From a plasmid, in the sequence record NZ_CP027240.1: a DNA stretch of 51,945 nt; one strand, 5' to 3'. The notes beneath the pieces were generated by a model that was given only the letters and a program-made list of their open reading frames with translations, had not been told where the DNA came from and did not search any database. Positions 28,508-38,570 of the stretch are shown piece after piece. The translations under genes and the position numbers were made by a program. The first letter of the stretch is position 1, and every line of letters begins with the position of its first letter.

Positions 28508-30085
28508 CTATCCGACGCTGTCCCGGTGTGCCGGTGCTGTGGAACTGGCCGTGGTCTTGTGGTCACGCGGAGTAGTGCCCGGGGCAAGGATCGCTAGCAA
28601 GACTGCGGCTGCGGCGGTGAGGATTGCCAACGTAAGTGTGGCCTGACTGCTGCCGTTGACAAATGCCTCTTTGGCGTAGTCGACCAATGGTTGCGCCATT
28701 GGTCCGGCTTGTGCGGCGATCTCTAGGGCGGCGGCCAGGGAGTCGGAGACCGGACCGCGGGCAGGTTCGGGTAACTGAGGCAGGGCGGGTTGGATGTGGC
28801 GGGTGTATCCGGCGGCCAGCACACTGCCGGCCACTGCGATCCCCATCGCAGCGCCGATCTCGCGGGCCGCATCGTTGACTGCGGCGGCGACCCCGTGTTT
28901 GCTCTCCGGAGTTTCGGCGATGATCGCGTAGGTCGCTGGGGCTGTGCATAGTCCGAGCCCTGCGCTCATGATCAACAGCGGCCATAGCAGGTCGAGGTAA
29001 CGTGCGTCGACGGTCATCCGGCTGACCAGCATCAGGCCAACTGCGATGGTCACCAGACCGGCGACGGTCATCACTCGTAGTCCAAATCGCTGTGACAGTC
29101 GGGGGGCGATCACCGAGATCACGATCAGGGGGACCGTCATCGGCACCAATCCCAACGCCGAGGCCAGCGGTCCGTATCCCAGGATCAGTTGCAGGTACTG
29201 CACCAGGAGTAGGAATACCCCGAAAGTGACCAAGAATTGGATGGCCACCGACAACGAGCCGGCGCTGAAGCCGCGCTTGGCGAACAACCGAACATCCAAC
29301 AAGGGGGCCGAGGATCGCAGCTCAATCAGGATAAAAAAGGCTGTCGCCAACATGCCGGCCCCGGCGCTGGCGAGAACGATCGGGTCGGCCCAGCCCCGCG
29401 CTGGAAACTCGATCGTGGCGAATACGATTCCCGCAACCGCGACTGCAGCTGCCGCCGCGCCCACCCAGTCCACGGGAGGGTGATCATGCTGGCTGGACTC
29501 AGCGATCGTGCATGCCAGCGCGGCCAGTAGGGCTCCCGCTGCGGTCAGTCCGACAAATACCGACACCCACGACCAGCGCTCAAGCAGCACCCCGGCGCCG
29601 AGGATGCCTAACACTGCTCCGGAGCCGGCGACTCCAGCCCACACACCTACTGCTCGGCCGCGATGAACGGCGGCGAAACCAGCAGTCAGAATCGATAGCG
29701 TCGAGGGCATTACCAGTGCAGCGCCCGCCCCGGCAATCGCTCGCGCAGCGATCAACCAGGCCGGGTCAGACAGCAGCAGGGGAAGTGCGGACGCAATGGT
29801 GAATATCGCCAGGCCTATTACGAGAACTGCGCGTCTGCCATAGCGGTCACCGATCGCTCCAGCGGGCAGGACCAGGCACGCCAGTACCAGCGTGTAGCCG
29901 TCGACGATCCAGGTCAGCTGGGCTTGCGTCGCTCCAGTCTCTACCGCAATCTCCGGTAATGCCGAATACAGCGCGGCCATGGCCGCGACCACCAACGCCA
30001 CGGCTAGGCACGACACCGTGAGCATCCACCATTCGGCTCGGGTCCACCGGGATGACTCGGTGATGGTCTGTTGGGGTGAGTGCAT
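28508..30085 (-). CDS. MFS transporter, DHA2-like 14-TM drug/H+ antiporter
   Basis: 14 TM helices. MFS motif GxxxDRxGRR (GAIGDRYGRRAV). Divergent TetR gene. Confidence 0.8.
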   Translation of the reverse strand: MHSPQQTITESSRWTRAEWWMLTVSCLAVALVVAAMAALYSALPEIAVETGATQAQLTWIVDGYTLVLACLVLPAGAIGDRYGRRAVLVIGLAIFTIASALPLLLSDPAWLIAARAIAGAGAALVMPSTLSILTAGFAAVHRGRAVGVWAGVAGSGAVLGILGAGVLLERWSWVSVFVGLTAAGALLAALACTIAESSQHDHPPVDWVGAAAAAVAVAGIVFATIEFPARGWADPIVLASAGAGMLATAFFILIELRSSAPLLDVRLFAKRGFSAGSLSVAIQFLVTFGVFLLLVQYLQLILGYGPLASALGLVPMTVPLIVISVIAPRLSQRFGLRVMTVAGLVTIAVGLMLVSRMTVDARYLDLLWPLLIMSAGLGLCTAPATYAIIAETPESKHGVAAAVNDAAREIGAAMGIAVAGSVLAAGYTRHIQPALPQLPEPARGPVSDSLAAALEIAAQAGPMAQPLVDYAKEAFVNGSSQATLTLAILTAAAAVLLAILAPGTTPRDHKTTASSTAPAHRDSVG

Positions 30086-30203
30086 CGCCGGCCCCTTGCT
30101 GTGAGATGGTCGGTCTTGGTCTGAGACAAGTAGTATCACAGTATCCGGCTGGCTGGACAGGTTAGCTTGGACGAGAAGTGACCGTCGGCCGAAGGGGGAG
30201 AGC

Positions 30204-30890
30204 GTGAACGACTGGAGTGCTGACCGGCCCGCTACGGACGACGATCAGCTCGATCCGCGACTGCTGCGCTCACGAAAACGATTGCTCGACGCTGCCACGC
30301 ATCTCCTGAGCACTGGCGGTGTAGAGGCGGTTACCGTCGAGGCGGTCACTCGAATGTCAAAGGTTGCGCGGGCCACGCTCTATCGGCATTTCGGCGGGAC
30401 CGCCCAGTTGCTTGCGGCGACCTTCGAGCGGCTGTTGCCTCGCGTCGAAGTCTCTGCCACCAGTGGGTCGGTACGCGACCAACTCATCGCGCTTCTCACG
30501 GCCCAAGCCGACCTGATTGACCAGGCGCCGCTAAACCTTACGACTCTGGCTTGGCTGTCAATCGGATCAGTCGGCGGCGATCCTGCCGATTCGGCCGCGA
30601 TCACCTCACTGCGTAGTCGAGTCATCGAGGAATACCGGCAGCCCTTTGACCGCATCCTCACACATCCTGACGTTCGAGCACAGCTCGGCAACGTCGACAC
30701 CACCTTCGCGATCGTTCAACTCCTGGGTCCCGTCGTGTTCGCTCGCCTTACTGGGCTCTGCACCGTCGACCACGACGGATGCGTGCAACTCGTTGATGAT
30801 TTTCTTGCTGCCCGCAAGCAGGGAGGCGAACCCATCCCGGCCGAGTCCATCCACGACCTGAACCGCCCTGGCGCCGGCGGATCTCGCTAA
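30204..30890 (+). CDS. TetR/AcrR-family transcriptional regulator
   Basis: N-terminal TetR HTH (EAVTVEAVTRMSKVARATLYRHF). Confidence 0.8.
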   Translation: MNDWSADRPATDDDQLDPRLLRSRKRLLDAATHLLSTGGVEAVTVEAVTRMSKVARATLYRHFGGTAQLLAATFERLLPRVEVSATSGSVRDQLIALLTAQADLIDQAPLNLTTLAWLSIGSVGGDPADSAAITSLRSRVIEEYRQPFDRILTHPDVRAQLGNVDTTFAIVQLLGPVVFARLTGLCTVDHDGCVQLVDDFLAARKQGGEPIPAESIHDLNRPGAGGSR

Positions 30891-31068
30891 ATCGGGGCTT
30901 CTTCTTGTCGGATGGGTGTGACCGCTCGATCGCCGAGGTCGCCGGGGAGGTGCCGAGTTCGCACAATCTACAACTCGGCATCGTTAGCTTTACGTAATCT
31001 ACGTTATCGGCGTTAACGTAATGGCTGGTCGGGCCCTGTTTTGGGGCTACGGTGTGTTCCAGCGTTGT

Positions 31069-32115
31069 TTACGAGTGGTCTTGGTCGTTCTCGGTGATTT
31101 GGGCCAGGGCTGCGGTGAGGTCGTCTTCGCTGGGTAGTGCCTCTTGCTCTGCGGCGGGTAGGGCCTCATAGCTGAAGGTTGAGACGGCCAGGGGTGCGCC
31201 GGCTTGGTTCAGTGCGTAGCGGACGACACGATCATTGCGGCTGCCGCAGACCAGGATCCCGACAGTCGGGGCATGCGAGGCGCGGCGCAGGCGATCCTCG
31301 ACCAGGGCGACGTAGAACTGCAGCTGCCCGGCGTGTTCTGGCTTGAACTTGCCGGTCTTGAGCTCAATGACGACGTACCGCAATTGCTCGACGTGGAAGA
31401 ACAGTAGGTCAGCGTAGAAGTCCTCGCCCCCGACGTCGAAGTGCACTTGTCTTCCCACGAAAGCGAATCCCGGGCCGAGCTCGCGCAGCGTATCGACGAT
31501 CCGGTCGGTCAGGGACTCCTCGAGCTCACGCTCGGCGACCTCGCCGGACAGGTCCAGAAAATCAAGGATCAGCGGGTCCTTGGCGATCTGCTGGGCAAGC
31601 TCGGAATCTTGCGCAACAAGCTGTTGCGCAAAATTCGACGGAGCCGCCCCGCGGCGTTCGAGGGCGCTGCTGGCGATCATGTTGGCCAGCACGTTGCGCG
31701 ACCAGCCGTGCTCGACGGCCGCGGCTGCGTACTTGTCTCGATCGTCCTGAGCGCTGAGCTTGTCCAGCAGGACAGTCACGTGCCCCCAGGGCAAGTACGC
31801 AACAGGCTGTTGCGCGATTGGCCCGGCAGTCCAGGCGCCGGCGAAGGTCGCCATGTACTGCAGGTTTCGGGCAGAAAAGCCCTTCATTTGGGGAAACTCG
31901 GCCCGAAGATCCTCGGCGAGCCTGCGAATCACACCGCTACCCCACCCCTGCCGGGCGCTCTCCTCGCGCACAGCCTGTCCGATGGACCAGTACAGCTCGA
32001 TCAGCTGGGTGTTGACCCTTCGCTGCGCGGTGACCTGTGCTCGTCGGACCCTGTCCTTGAGATCCTCGACGAGGCGCCCATAGTTGGATGGCAGGTCCAG
32101 GTCCCGGGAGGTCAC
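31069..32115 (-). CDS. DUF1016/YhcG-like PD-(D/E)XK nuclease-fold protein
   Basis: 348 aa. C-terminal FYADLLFFHVEQLRYVVIELK PD-(D/E)XK-like motif. Confidence 0.55.
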   Translation of the reverse strand: MTSRDLDLPSNYGRLVEDLKDRVRRAQVTAQRRVNTQLIELYWSIGQAVREESARQGWGSGVIRRLAEDLRAEFPQMKGFSARNLQYMATFAGAWTAGPIAQQPVAYLPWGHVTVLLDKLSAQDDRDKYAAAAVEHGWSRNVLANMIASSALERRGAAPSNFAQQLVAQDSELAQQIAKDPLILDFLDLSGEVAERELEESLTDRIVDTLRELGPGFAFVGRQVHFDVGGEDFYADLLFFHVEQLRYVVIELKTGKFKPEHAGQLQFYVALVEDRLRRASHAPTVGILVCGSRNDRVVRYALNQAGAPLAVSTFSYEALPAAEQEALPSEDDLTAALAQITENDQDHS

Positions 32116-32216
32116 CCGTCCATCCTGACAGGTTTACCCCGGCACGCTGGATAGCAACCGGCTGCAGATGTGCCAGGCCCGTCAATGGCGACTCGCCGGG
32201 GCCGGGCCCTCAAAGT

Positions 32217-32510
32217 TCAATCCCTGCCGGCGGGAAGAGCCTTCACCGCCTCACTCAGGGCCAAGCCGAGGCCAGCTCCGATGAGGCCGGCGCCGATGGC
32301 GCCTCCGGCGACCATGGGCAGGACCGCCGACGACGCCAGGACGGCGACTCCGGACAGTCCCAGGCCTGTCACGCCGGAGGCGATGCCGACGAACGTCCCC
32401 GGACGGCCAATGTGATGTCCGCGACCGGCGGGCACGGCAACCATCACGGTCACCGCGATCGCGCAGTACGCGCACACGCTCAGAGTGAGCGCGAGCATTG
32501 TTGCATCCAC
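32217..32510 (-). CDS. Small Gly-rich two-TM membrane protein (possibly GlsB/YeaQ/YmgE-like)
   Basis: 97 aa. GxxxG-rich hydrophobic segments. Confidence 0.3.
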   Translation of the reverse strand: MDATMLALTLSVCAYCAIAVTVMVAVPAGRGHHIGRPGTFVGIASGVTGLGLSGVAVLASSAVLPMVAGGAIGAGLIGAGLGLALSEAVKALPAGRD

Positions 32511-32650
32511 AATCTTCTCCGTTCAGTCGTTGGTACGTGGAATTGTCCACCCGGCTCATGTCGCCGCCGGTGTGCTCGCCGCCGGACGCCGGGCGCCTTA
32601 GCAGCGGTCAGCGCTCGATCCTCGACATGGGCGCGGGCGTCACCTAGAAT

Positions 32651-32693
32651 GGGTAACGTAGGAAACAAAACACGTTACCGATTACCGGTTACC
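32651..32693. promoter_or_regulatory. Putative kfrA operator: inverted repeat GGTAACGT-N12-ACGTTACC plus extra GTTACC half-site
   Basis: Seen directly 25-65 bp upstream of the kfrA ATG. KfrA proteins autoregulate via inverted repeats in their promoter. Confidence 0.4.
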
Positions 32694-32718
32694 AGACGCT
32701 GAATCTGGAAGGGCTGCC

Positions 32719-33279
32719 ATGTCGACGTCGGAGAAGATCGCTCACGCCTACGGCGTACTCGTCGCGCGGGGGGACAAGGTCACCGTGCGGGCGGTGCAGA
32801 AACAGGCGGGGGTGCGGATCGGCGAGGTAGCGGCGTGGATGCGCGAGCACGCCACGGGCGCAGCAGGCGAGGTTCCCGAGGCCCCGGACTTGTCTGAGCC
32901 GATGTCGGCGATGGTGGCCTCGGTGTGGGCGGCGGCGTGGAAGCGCGCCGCCGAGCAGGCAGACGAGGCCACCGCGGTGGCGCTCGATGCCGCGCGCGCC
33001 GGCGAGGCCGACGCCCTCGCCGCGGCGGAGACCGCCACCGCGCAACAAGCAGACGCCGACGCGGCCCGAGATGAGGCGGTCCGGGACGCCGAGCAGCTGC
33101 GCACCGAGCTGGCCCAGGTCCGCCAGCAACTCGAGACGATGCAGCGTGAGGCGGAGCAGGCGCGCGTCCAGGCCGAGGAGGCCGACCGCGCCCGGGTGCG
33201 CGCCGAGGCCACCTCGGACACCTTGCGTGAACTCCTGGACGCGTTTCGTTCCTCCGGGCAGGCCGACGAGGACAAGTAG
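32719..33279 (+). CDS. kfrA: KfrA-like plasmid DNA-binding protein (N-terminal HTH + Ala/Glu-rich coiled coil)
   Basis: 186 aa. N-terminal KfrA_N-like region (AHAYGVLVARGDKVTVRAVQKQAGV) followed by a long alpha-helical Ala/Glu/Arg repeat. Confidence 0.6.
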   Translation: MSTSEKIAHAYGVLVARGDKVTVRAVQKQAGVRIGEVAAWMREHATGAAGEVPEAPDLSEPMSAMVASVWAAAWKRAAEQADEATAVALDAARAGEADALAAAETATAQQADADAARDEAVRDAEQLRTELAQVRQQLETMQREAEQARVQAEEADRARVRAEATSDTLRELLDAFRSSGQADEDK

Positions 33280-33420
33280 CGATCCGCACCGTGGTGGCCT
33301 TGTCGTGTCGGACCGGGCGAGCACACTGACAAAGCAGGACAGGCAATGAACAAGCGGCCCGGACTTCCGTCAGGTGCGGTCGGGCCGTAACGGGACGAAC
33401 GCCAACACGGGAGGGGTGTC

Positions 33421-33744
33421 ATGTGGGATCTACAGACCGCGGTACAGGCCGTGGCGGTGGTCGCGGTGGCCTCGCTTTTGGTGCCGCCGCTGGCACGCGG
33501 CATCGGAGGCATCTGCGCCGTGATCGGCTTCTGTGGGGTGGTGCAGTCGAGCTCCTGGGCGCCGACGGTGATGGCGTTGGGGATGGTGGCGTGGTTTGTC
33601 GGGCACTGGTCGTTCGCCGTGCGCCACGATGTGCATTACCGGTCGCGTCTGGCGCTGGTGGTGATCGACAAGACGCCGTTGCGGTGGGCGATTCCGCGTT
33701 ACTGGCAGTTGCGCCTCCAGAGACGCATGGCGGCCGCCCGCTGA
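33421..33744 (+). CDS. Small hypothetical membrane protein (107 aa, 2-3 TM)
   Basis: Hydrophobic segments; ORF-track ORF. No family recognised. Confidence 0.3.
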   Translation: MWDLQTAVQAVAVVAVASLLVPPLARGIGGICAVIGFCGVVQSSSWAPTVMALGMVAWFVGHWSFAVRHDVHYRSRLALVVIDKTPLRWAIPRYWQLRLQRRMAAAR

Positions 33745-33821
33745 CACTTCCCACCCCGACCGATACAGCTATGGCCCCACCTCTTTGGTGGGGCCATAGC
33801 TGTAGGTGTTTGGAGACGATT

Positions 33822-34334
33822 CTAGAACAGTGGGGGCTCGTCTAGCGGCGCGGTGTTGCCGCAAGCTTGGGCGTAGGCCTTGGGGTTCCAGCCGCCGGCG
33901 ACCGCGTCGCGGACCGCGAGGGAGCGGGCGTGCCGGTCGTGGCGCTCGGTGGCGTTGCGGATGATCCCGGTGCGTCCGCAGGCGACCGCGTAGAGCAGGT
34001 TCGCCGATTGGGTTGAGGCGATGAGATGGTCCGGGTCTAGGCGCACGCACAAGGGTTCGTTGCAGCGGTGCTCACCGATCGCCTCGGCGGTCAGTTGGCC
34101 GGCGACCAGGAGGGCGAAGCGGTGCGCGTACTCGGTTCTGCTGACGCCGCCTTGTCGCCAGGTGATCCGTCCGTATCCGTCGGAGATGGCGCCGGTCCAG
34201 ATGTGGCATCCATTGCCCGGGGCGCGCACGACACGGGACTCAAACGCGGCAATCGCCGCCGCGGTCGGAGGCAGCGTCGAGTCGTAGGGCCGGGACCGTG
34301 TCGGGACAGGCTGTGGCCGGGGACGGGCGTCCAT
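33822..34334 (-). CDS. HNH endonuclease (start assigned to an internal ATG; the track ORF extends to 34448)
   Basis: GCHIWTG...H...CNEPLCVRLDPDHL HNH/zinc-finger motif. Confidence 0.65.
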   Translation of the reverse strand: MDARPRPQPVPTRSRPYDSTLPPTAAAIAAFESRVVRAPGNGCHIWTGAISDGYGRITWRQGGVSRTEYAHRFALLVAGQLTAEAIGEHRCNEPLCVRLDPDHLIASTQSANLLYAVACGRTGIIRNATERHDRHARSLAVRDAVAGGWNPKAYAQACGNTAPLDEPPLF

Positions 34335-34377
34335 TCCCGGGAGCGGGATGTCCTCGAACCACCGGCCCGGGGAAGGC

Positions 34378-34746
34378 TCAGGGCTGCTGGTCACCGTTGG
34401 TGTCCGCCGAGGTCTGATTCGCCGCTGGCGTGTCACCGCTGTCGGCATCGTTGACCGTGTCGTCGGTGTCGGTGGTGTTGTCCTTGGCGGCGCGGATCGC
34501 CGCCCCGACCTCGCGGGCGGACAGGCCGGTCATCTCCGCCAGATCGGCCTGCACCACGCCCAGGTCCCGAAGCTCGACCAGCGCCTGACCGAGGGCGATC
34601 TGCGCGTCATCGCGGGCATCGATCGCCGAGAACACCGCGACCAACTTGGCCTCACGCTTGCGAGCCCGCTCCAGCTCGTCGGCCATCGCCTGACGAGCCC
34701 TCGCGCGTGCGGTCTGTGAACGTGAATCAGTCTTGATAGCCGCCAT
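34378..34746 (-). CDS. Hypothetical HTH-like protein divergent from the relaxase gene (possible relaxosome accessory/regulator)
   Basis: ALGQALVELRDLGVVQADLAEMTGLSAREV resembles an HTH. Position upstream of and divergent from the MOBF relaxase. Coordinates +/-1. Confidence 0.35.
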   Translation of the reverse strand: MAAIKTDSRSQTARARARQAMADELERARKREAKLVAVFSAIDARDDAQIALGQALVELRDLGVVQADLAEMTGLSAREVGAAIRAAKDNTTDTDDTVNDADSGDTPAANQTSADTNGDQQP

Positions 34747-35002
34747 GACACCCGACCCTATTGCCCCACCCATCGTGCCGCAATCCCCAACCACCATGCC
34801 GCCGTCATCGTCTCCCCGTCCTGGTCCCCGATCGCCGCACCACATCTAGCACTGGCCGTGCTAGATCTTCCTCGCTGTCGCTCGCCACAAGCTGCCACAC
34901 ACAGTAGGCACTACGAGTGAACGACGGGAAACCGCTGGTCACATCGCCAGGCGCTGCGACGCATAGACGCGCGGATTCTGTCCGCATACGCTGGCGGGTG
35001 TG

Positions 35003-38000
35003 ATGAGCCTTCGAGCGGTGCACGCCGGTACTGGATACCAGTACCTGCTGCGCTCGGTCGCCACTCACGACGCCGACCCGCAAGGCATGGCCCTGTCGGA
35101 CTACTACGCCGCCAAGGGCACCCCACCCGGCGCATGGATCGGGCGCGGGCTCGACGGATTGGAATCGGACAACGCGATCGCGGGGGCGGTCGTCACCGAA
35201 GCGCAGATGGCGGCTCTGTACGGCGAGGGCCTGCACCCAGATACCGACCAGATGATGGCCGACGGCCGCAGCCTGTCGGCCTGCAAGCTCGGCCGATCCT
35301 TCCCCATCTACACCGGTGGGGTCGACGTGCTGGAGGCCATCGCTGCGGCCGAAAAGGCGTTCCTTCACACCGAGGGCCGGCGCCCCACCAGCGACGAACG
35401 AGGACAGATCGCCGAGGGGGTCGCGCGCCCGTTCTATACCGAGAAGTTCGGTTACGAACACGCCTCTGGCAAGGATGTCATCGCCTGGGTCAACCGTAAA
35501 CGCGACCAGGTCAAGCAAGCGGTCGCCGGGTTCGACTTCACGTTCTCCCCGGTGAAAAGTGTCAGCGTCTTGTGGGCGCTGGCCGATGAGAAGACTGCCT
35601 CTCGTGTGGCTGCGTTGCATCACGAAGCCGTGGCCGAAACCTTGGCATGGGCCGAGGACAACGCGATCTACACCAGGGTCGGAACGGGCGGCATCAAGCA
35701 GGTTAAGACGGGCGGCATCATCGCGGCTGAGTTCACCCATTTTGACACCCGAGGCGGCGACCCGGACCTGCATTCCCATGTACTGCTGGCCAACAAGGTC
35801 CAAGGCCCTGACGGGCGCTGGCTGTCGCTGGACTCTCGCGCGATCCATCAGATGCACCAGGCGATCTCGGCCCGCTACGACGCGACCCTGCACGACCTTC
35901 TGACCCGCCGTATGGGCGTGGAGTTCCAGGCCCACTACCCGCACCCGGACAAGGCGCCCATCTGGGAGGTCAAGGGCATCGACCGCCGTCTGATCGACGC
36001 CTTCTCCTCCCGCCGGGCCCTGGCCAGGCCGGTCTATGACCGACTCGTCGCGCAGTACGTTGAGAAGAACAATCGGCAGCCTTCCCAGCGGGCGTCCTAC
36101 GCCCTGTGGCAGAAGGCCATCCTCGACACCCGTGACGCCAAGAAGCCCGCCCAATCCCTGGCCGAACACCGCGCCACCTGGCGGGAGATGGCCGAACAGG
36201 CTGTGGGCACGCACGCGGTGGATAGCGTGGTTGGCGAGGTCACCGGGCAGGGTCGGAGCCAGGTGTCGCGGGAGCTGTTCGACGCCCAGGTCCACGCCCG
36301 CCTGGTGGCCGAGCGGGCGGTGGCGGCGGTGACCGCACGGCGGGCGCAGTTCCGCCGTTCCCACATCGAGACCGCCGTATTGGCCGCGCTCAAGGGTTAC
36401 CGATTCGAGGGCGCCGAGGCCCTGGACCGGGCGCACGAACAGGTCATGGCTACCGCTATGAACGAGATCGTGGTGCAGCTGACCCCGCCGGAGATTCTGG
36501 ACCTGCCGGGTGCGTTGACCGGGCCGGAAGGTGCCGGCATTGACCGGCACGCAAACGCCGAGAAGTACACCACTCAGGCAGTGCTGGACGCCGAGACCGC
36601 CACCCTGGAGGCGACTGGAACCCCGGTCGCTGTGATCGCTACCCGCGCCGATCTCGACCGTGCGCTGAAGGCGCACGAGGACGCCGAGGGTTGGTCCCTC
36701 AATGCCGGCCAGACCGCTCTGGCGCAGCACCTCATTGGTGCCGGAACGCTCCTGGCCGCCGGGGTGGGTCCGGCCGGGACCGGCAAGACCGCATCTATGA
36801 AGGTCGTGGCCCGCACCTGGCAACACACCGGCCGGTCGGTTGTCGGCCTTGCTCCTTCCGCGGCAGCGGCCAGCGTCCTCGCGGGCGACATCGGCACCGA
36901 CTGTCACACTATCGACTCTCTGACCTTCACCTGGATGGGCAAGCACCCCACCCTGCCCGGAAAGACTCTCGACGCGTTGCCCGTGATGATCCGCCCTGGC
37001 GACATGCTTCTGGTCGATGAGGCGGGCATGGCCAGCACCGAGAACCTGGCCGCGCTGACTGAGATCGCCGCCGAATCTGGGGCCATTCTCCGCCTGATCG
37101 GCGACCCCAAGCAGCTCGCTGCTGTCGAGACTGGCGGTCTGTTCGCCGACCTGGCCAGCACCCCAGGGACGCCTCAGCTGCGGGAGGTGATGCGCATGGG
37201 CGCAGACACCGACCAAGCCGGCGCGACCCTCGCTCTCCGCGAAGGCGATCCCGGCGCCCTGGACCTCTACAACGAGCGCGGATGGATCATCGGCGGGCAC
37301 CGGGAGCAGATGCTCACCCAGGCCGCCCAGGCGTTCCTGGCCGACACCACCGCGGGCCGACAGTCGCTGATCATCGCCTCCACCAACACCGACGTCGACA
37401 CCCTCAACGAAGTGATCCGCTCGAGCCGCATCGCCCACGGACTGGTCGACGACGCACACACCACCAGGGTCGCTCGCGGGGACACCGTGGGTGTCGGCGA
37501 CACCGTGATCGCCCGCACCAACTCCACGCTGTATTCCGATGACCGCACCTACCTCGGTCGGGTCATCAACGGACAGTTGTTCACCGTCACCGGCATCGCA
37601 GGCGACGGCTCACTTGGGGTGCGCGACTCCTCCACCGGGCAGGCCATGCTCATCCCCGCCAGCTACGCCGACAAGAGCATTCATCTCGGTTACGCGGCCA
37701 CCATCCACCGCGCGCAGGGCGCCACCGTCGATACCGTCCACGCCGTCATCGACGCTGGCGTGGATCGTGCCGGCCTGTACGTCGCCATGACCCGCGGCAG
37801 ACGAGAAAACCGCGCCTACGCCGTATGTGAACCCGTCCTCGACACGGGCGCCGAGGATGCGCACATGCACTCCGCCGGCGACCACCAAGCCCCAACACCC
37901 ACGCAGGTGCTCACTGGCGTTCTGGCCCGCGAGACGCACCAGGCCTCGGCCACCGAAACCCTCCGCCAGGAGTACGCCAGCGCCACCAGCGACGAACGAC

Positions 38001-38542
38001 TGGAGCAGCTCTACCGCCACGGCGTTGATTTAGCCGCCCGCGATTTTGCCGCCGCCACCCTCCCTGCCTACATCGACGCACTCCCCCGTGCCTTGGCCCA
38101 CCAGCTCGAGGCAGACCCCGACCAGTGCCAGGCCCTGGAAGGCGCGTGGACCGAAGCAGCAACCAGGGGCCTCGACCCCCGCGAGGAATGGGACAACGCC
38201 ACCGAAACCCTCGACACCGCCAACAAGCCCGGCACCGTCATCGCCCACCGGATACGTCACGCGACCGGTGAGACCACCGACACCACCACCCTGCCCACTC
38301 CCCCACCCGCGGCCCCGGAATGCGACACCGAACTGACCACCTGGCTTGCAGAAACCCATCGCACACTCACCGCCGATCCTGCCGCCCAGGCGATAGCCCC
38401 TGCCGCTTCCTTCACTGCCGAGGACTTTGTCGCCTCCTACCTCGCATCCCGGTCCGCAGAACACGAACCCGGCCCGGACACCCACCCCACGACGAGCTCG
38501 CCATGGGGGCCATCACCCGACTTCTCCCCCGACCTGTGGTGA
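35003..38542 (+). CDS. MOBF-family conjugative relaxase/helicase (TrwC/TraA-like: N-terminal relaxase domain + C-terminal RecD-like helicase)
   Basis: N-terminal TrwC-type relaxase region with catalytic Tyr context and HxH-type His cluster (HFDTRGGDPDLHSHVLL). Walker A GVGPAGTGKT, DEAGM Walker B, C-terminal UvrD-like helicase motifs. Confidence 0.85.
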   Translation: MSLRAVHAGTGYQYLLRSVATHDADPQGMALSDYYAAKGTPPGAWIGRGLDGLESDNAIAGAVVTEAQMAALYGEGLHPDTDQMMADGRSLSACKLGRSFPIYTGGVDVLEAIAAAEKAFLHTEGRRPTSDERGQIAEGVARPFYTEKFGYEHASGKDVIAWVNRKRDQVKQAVAGFDFTFSPVKSVSVLWALADEKTASRVAALHHEAVAETLAWAEDNAIYTRVGTGGIKQVKTGGIIAAEFTHFDTRGGDPDLHSHVLLANKVQGPDGRWLSLDSRAIHQMHQAISARYDATLHDLLTRRMGVEFQAHYPHPDKAPIWEVKGIDRRLIDAFSSRRALARPVYDRLVAQYVEKNNRQPSQRASYALWQKAILDTRDAKKPAQSLAEHRATWREMAEQAVGTHAVDSVVGEVTGQGRSQVSRELFDAQVHARLVAERAVAAVTARRAQFRRSHIETAVLAALKGYRFEGAEALDRAHEQVMATAMNEIVVQLTPPEILDLPGALTGPEGAGIDRHANAEKYTTQAVLDAETATLEATGTPVAVIATRADLDRALKAHEDAEGWSLNAGQTALAQHLIGAGTLLAAGVGPAGTGKTASMKVVARTWQHTGRSVVGLAPSAAAASVLAGDIGTDCHTIDSLTFTWMGKHPTLPGKTLDALPVMIRPGDMLLVDEAGMASTENLAALTEIAAESGAILRLIGDPKQLAAVETGGLFADLASTPGTPQLREVMRMGADTDQAGATLALREGDPGALDLYNERGWIIGGHREQMLTQAAQAFLADTTAGRQSLIIASTNTDVDTLNEVIRSSRIAHGLVDDAHTTRVARGDTVGVGDTVIARTNSTLYSDDRTYLGRVINGQLFTVTGIAGDGSLGVRDSSTGQAMLIPASYADKSIHLGYAATIHRAQGATVDTVHAVIDAGVDRAGLYVAMTRGRRENRAYAVCEPVLDTGAEDAHMHSAGDHQAPTPTQVLTGVLARETHQASATETLRQEYASATSDERLEQLYRHGVDLAARDFAAATLPAYIDALPRALAHQLEADPDQCQALEGAWTEAATRGLDPREEWDNATETLDTANKPGTVIAHRIRHATGETTDTTTLPTPPPAAPECDTELTTWLAETHRTLTADPAAQAIAPAASFTAEDFVASYLASRSAEHEPGPDTHPTTSSPWGPSPDFSPDLW

Positions 38543-38570
38543 CTCGCCCCTGCTCGTCAGGCCCCAGTGG

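Noticed and set aside
34805-37459. 884-aa ORF on the minus strand opposite the relaxase gene, and many other long antisense ORFs in the track (e.g. 6176..7060, 12851..13903, 12565..13518, 49695..50756)
   Set aside because: High GC suppresses stop codons in antisense frames. These overlap strongly supported genes (relaxase, IS3 orfB, istA, ISL3 tnp) and have low-complexity Arg/Pro/Gly-rich translations.
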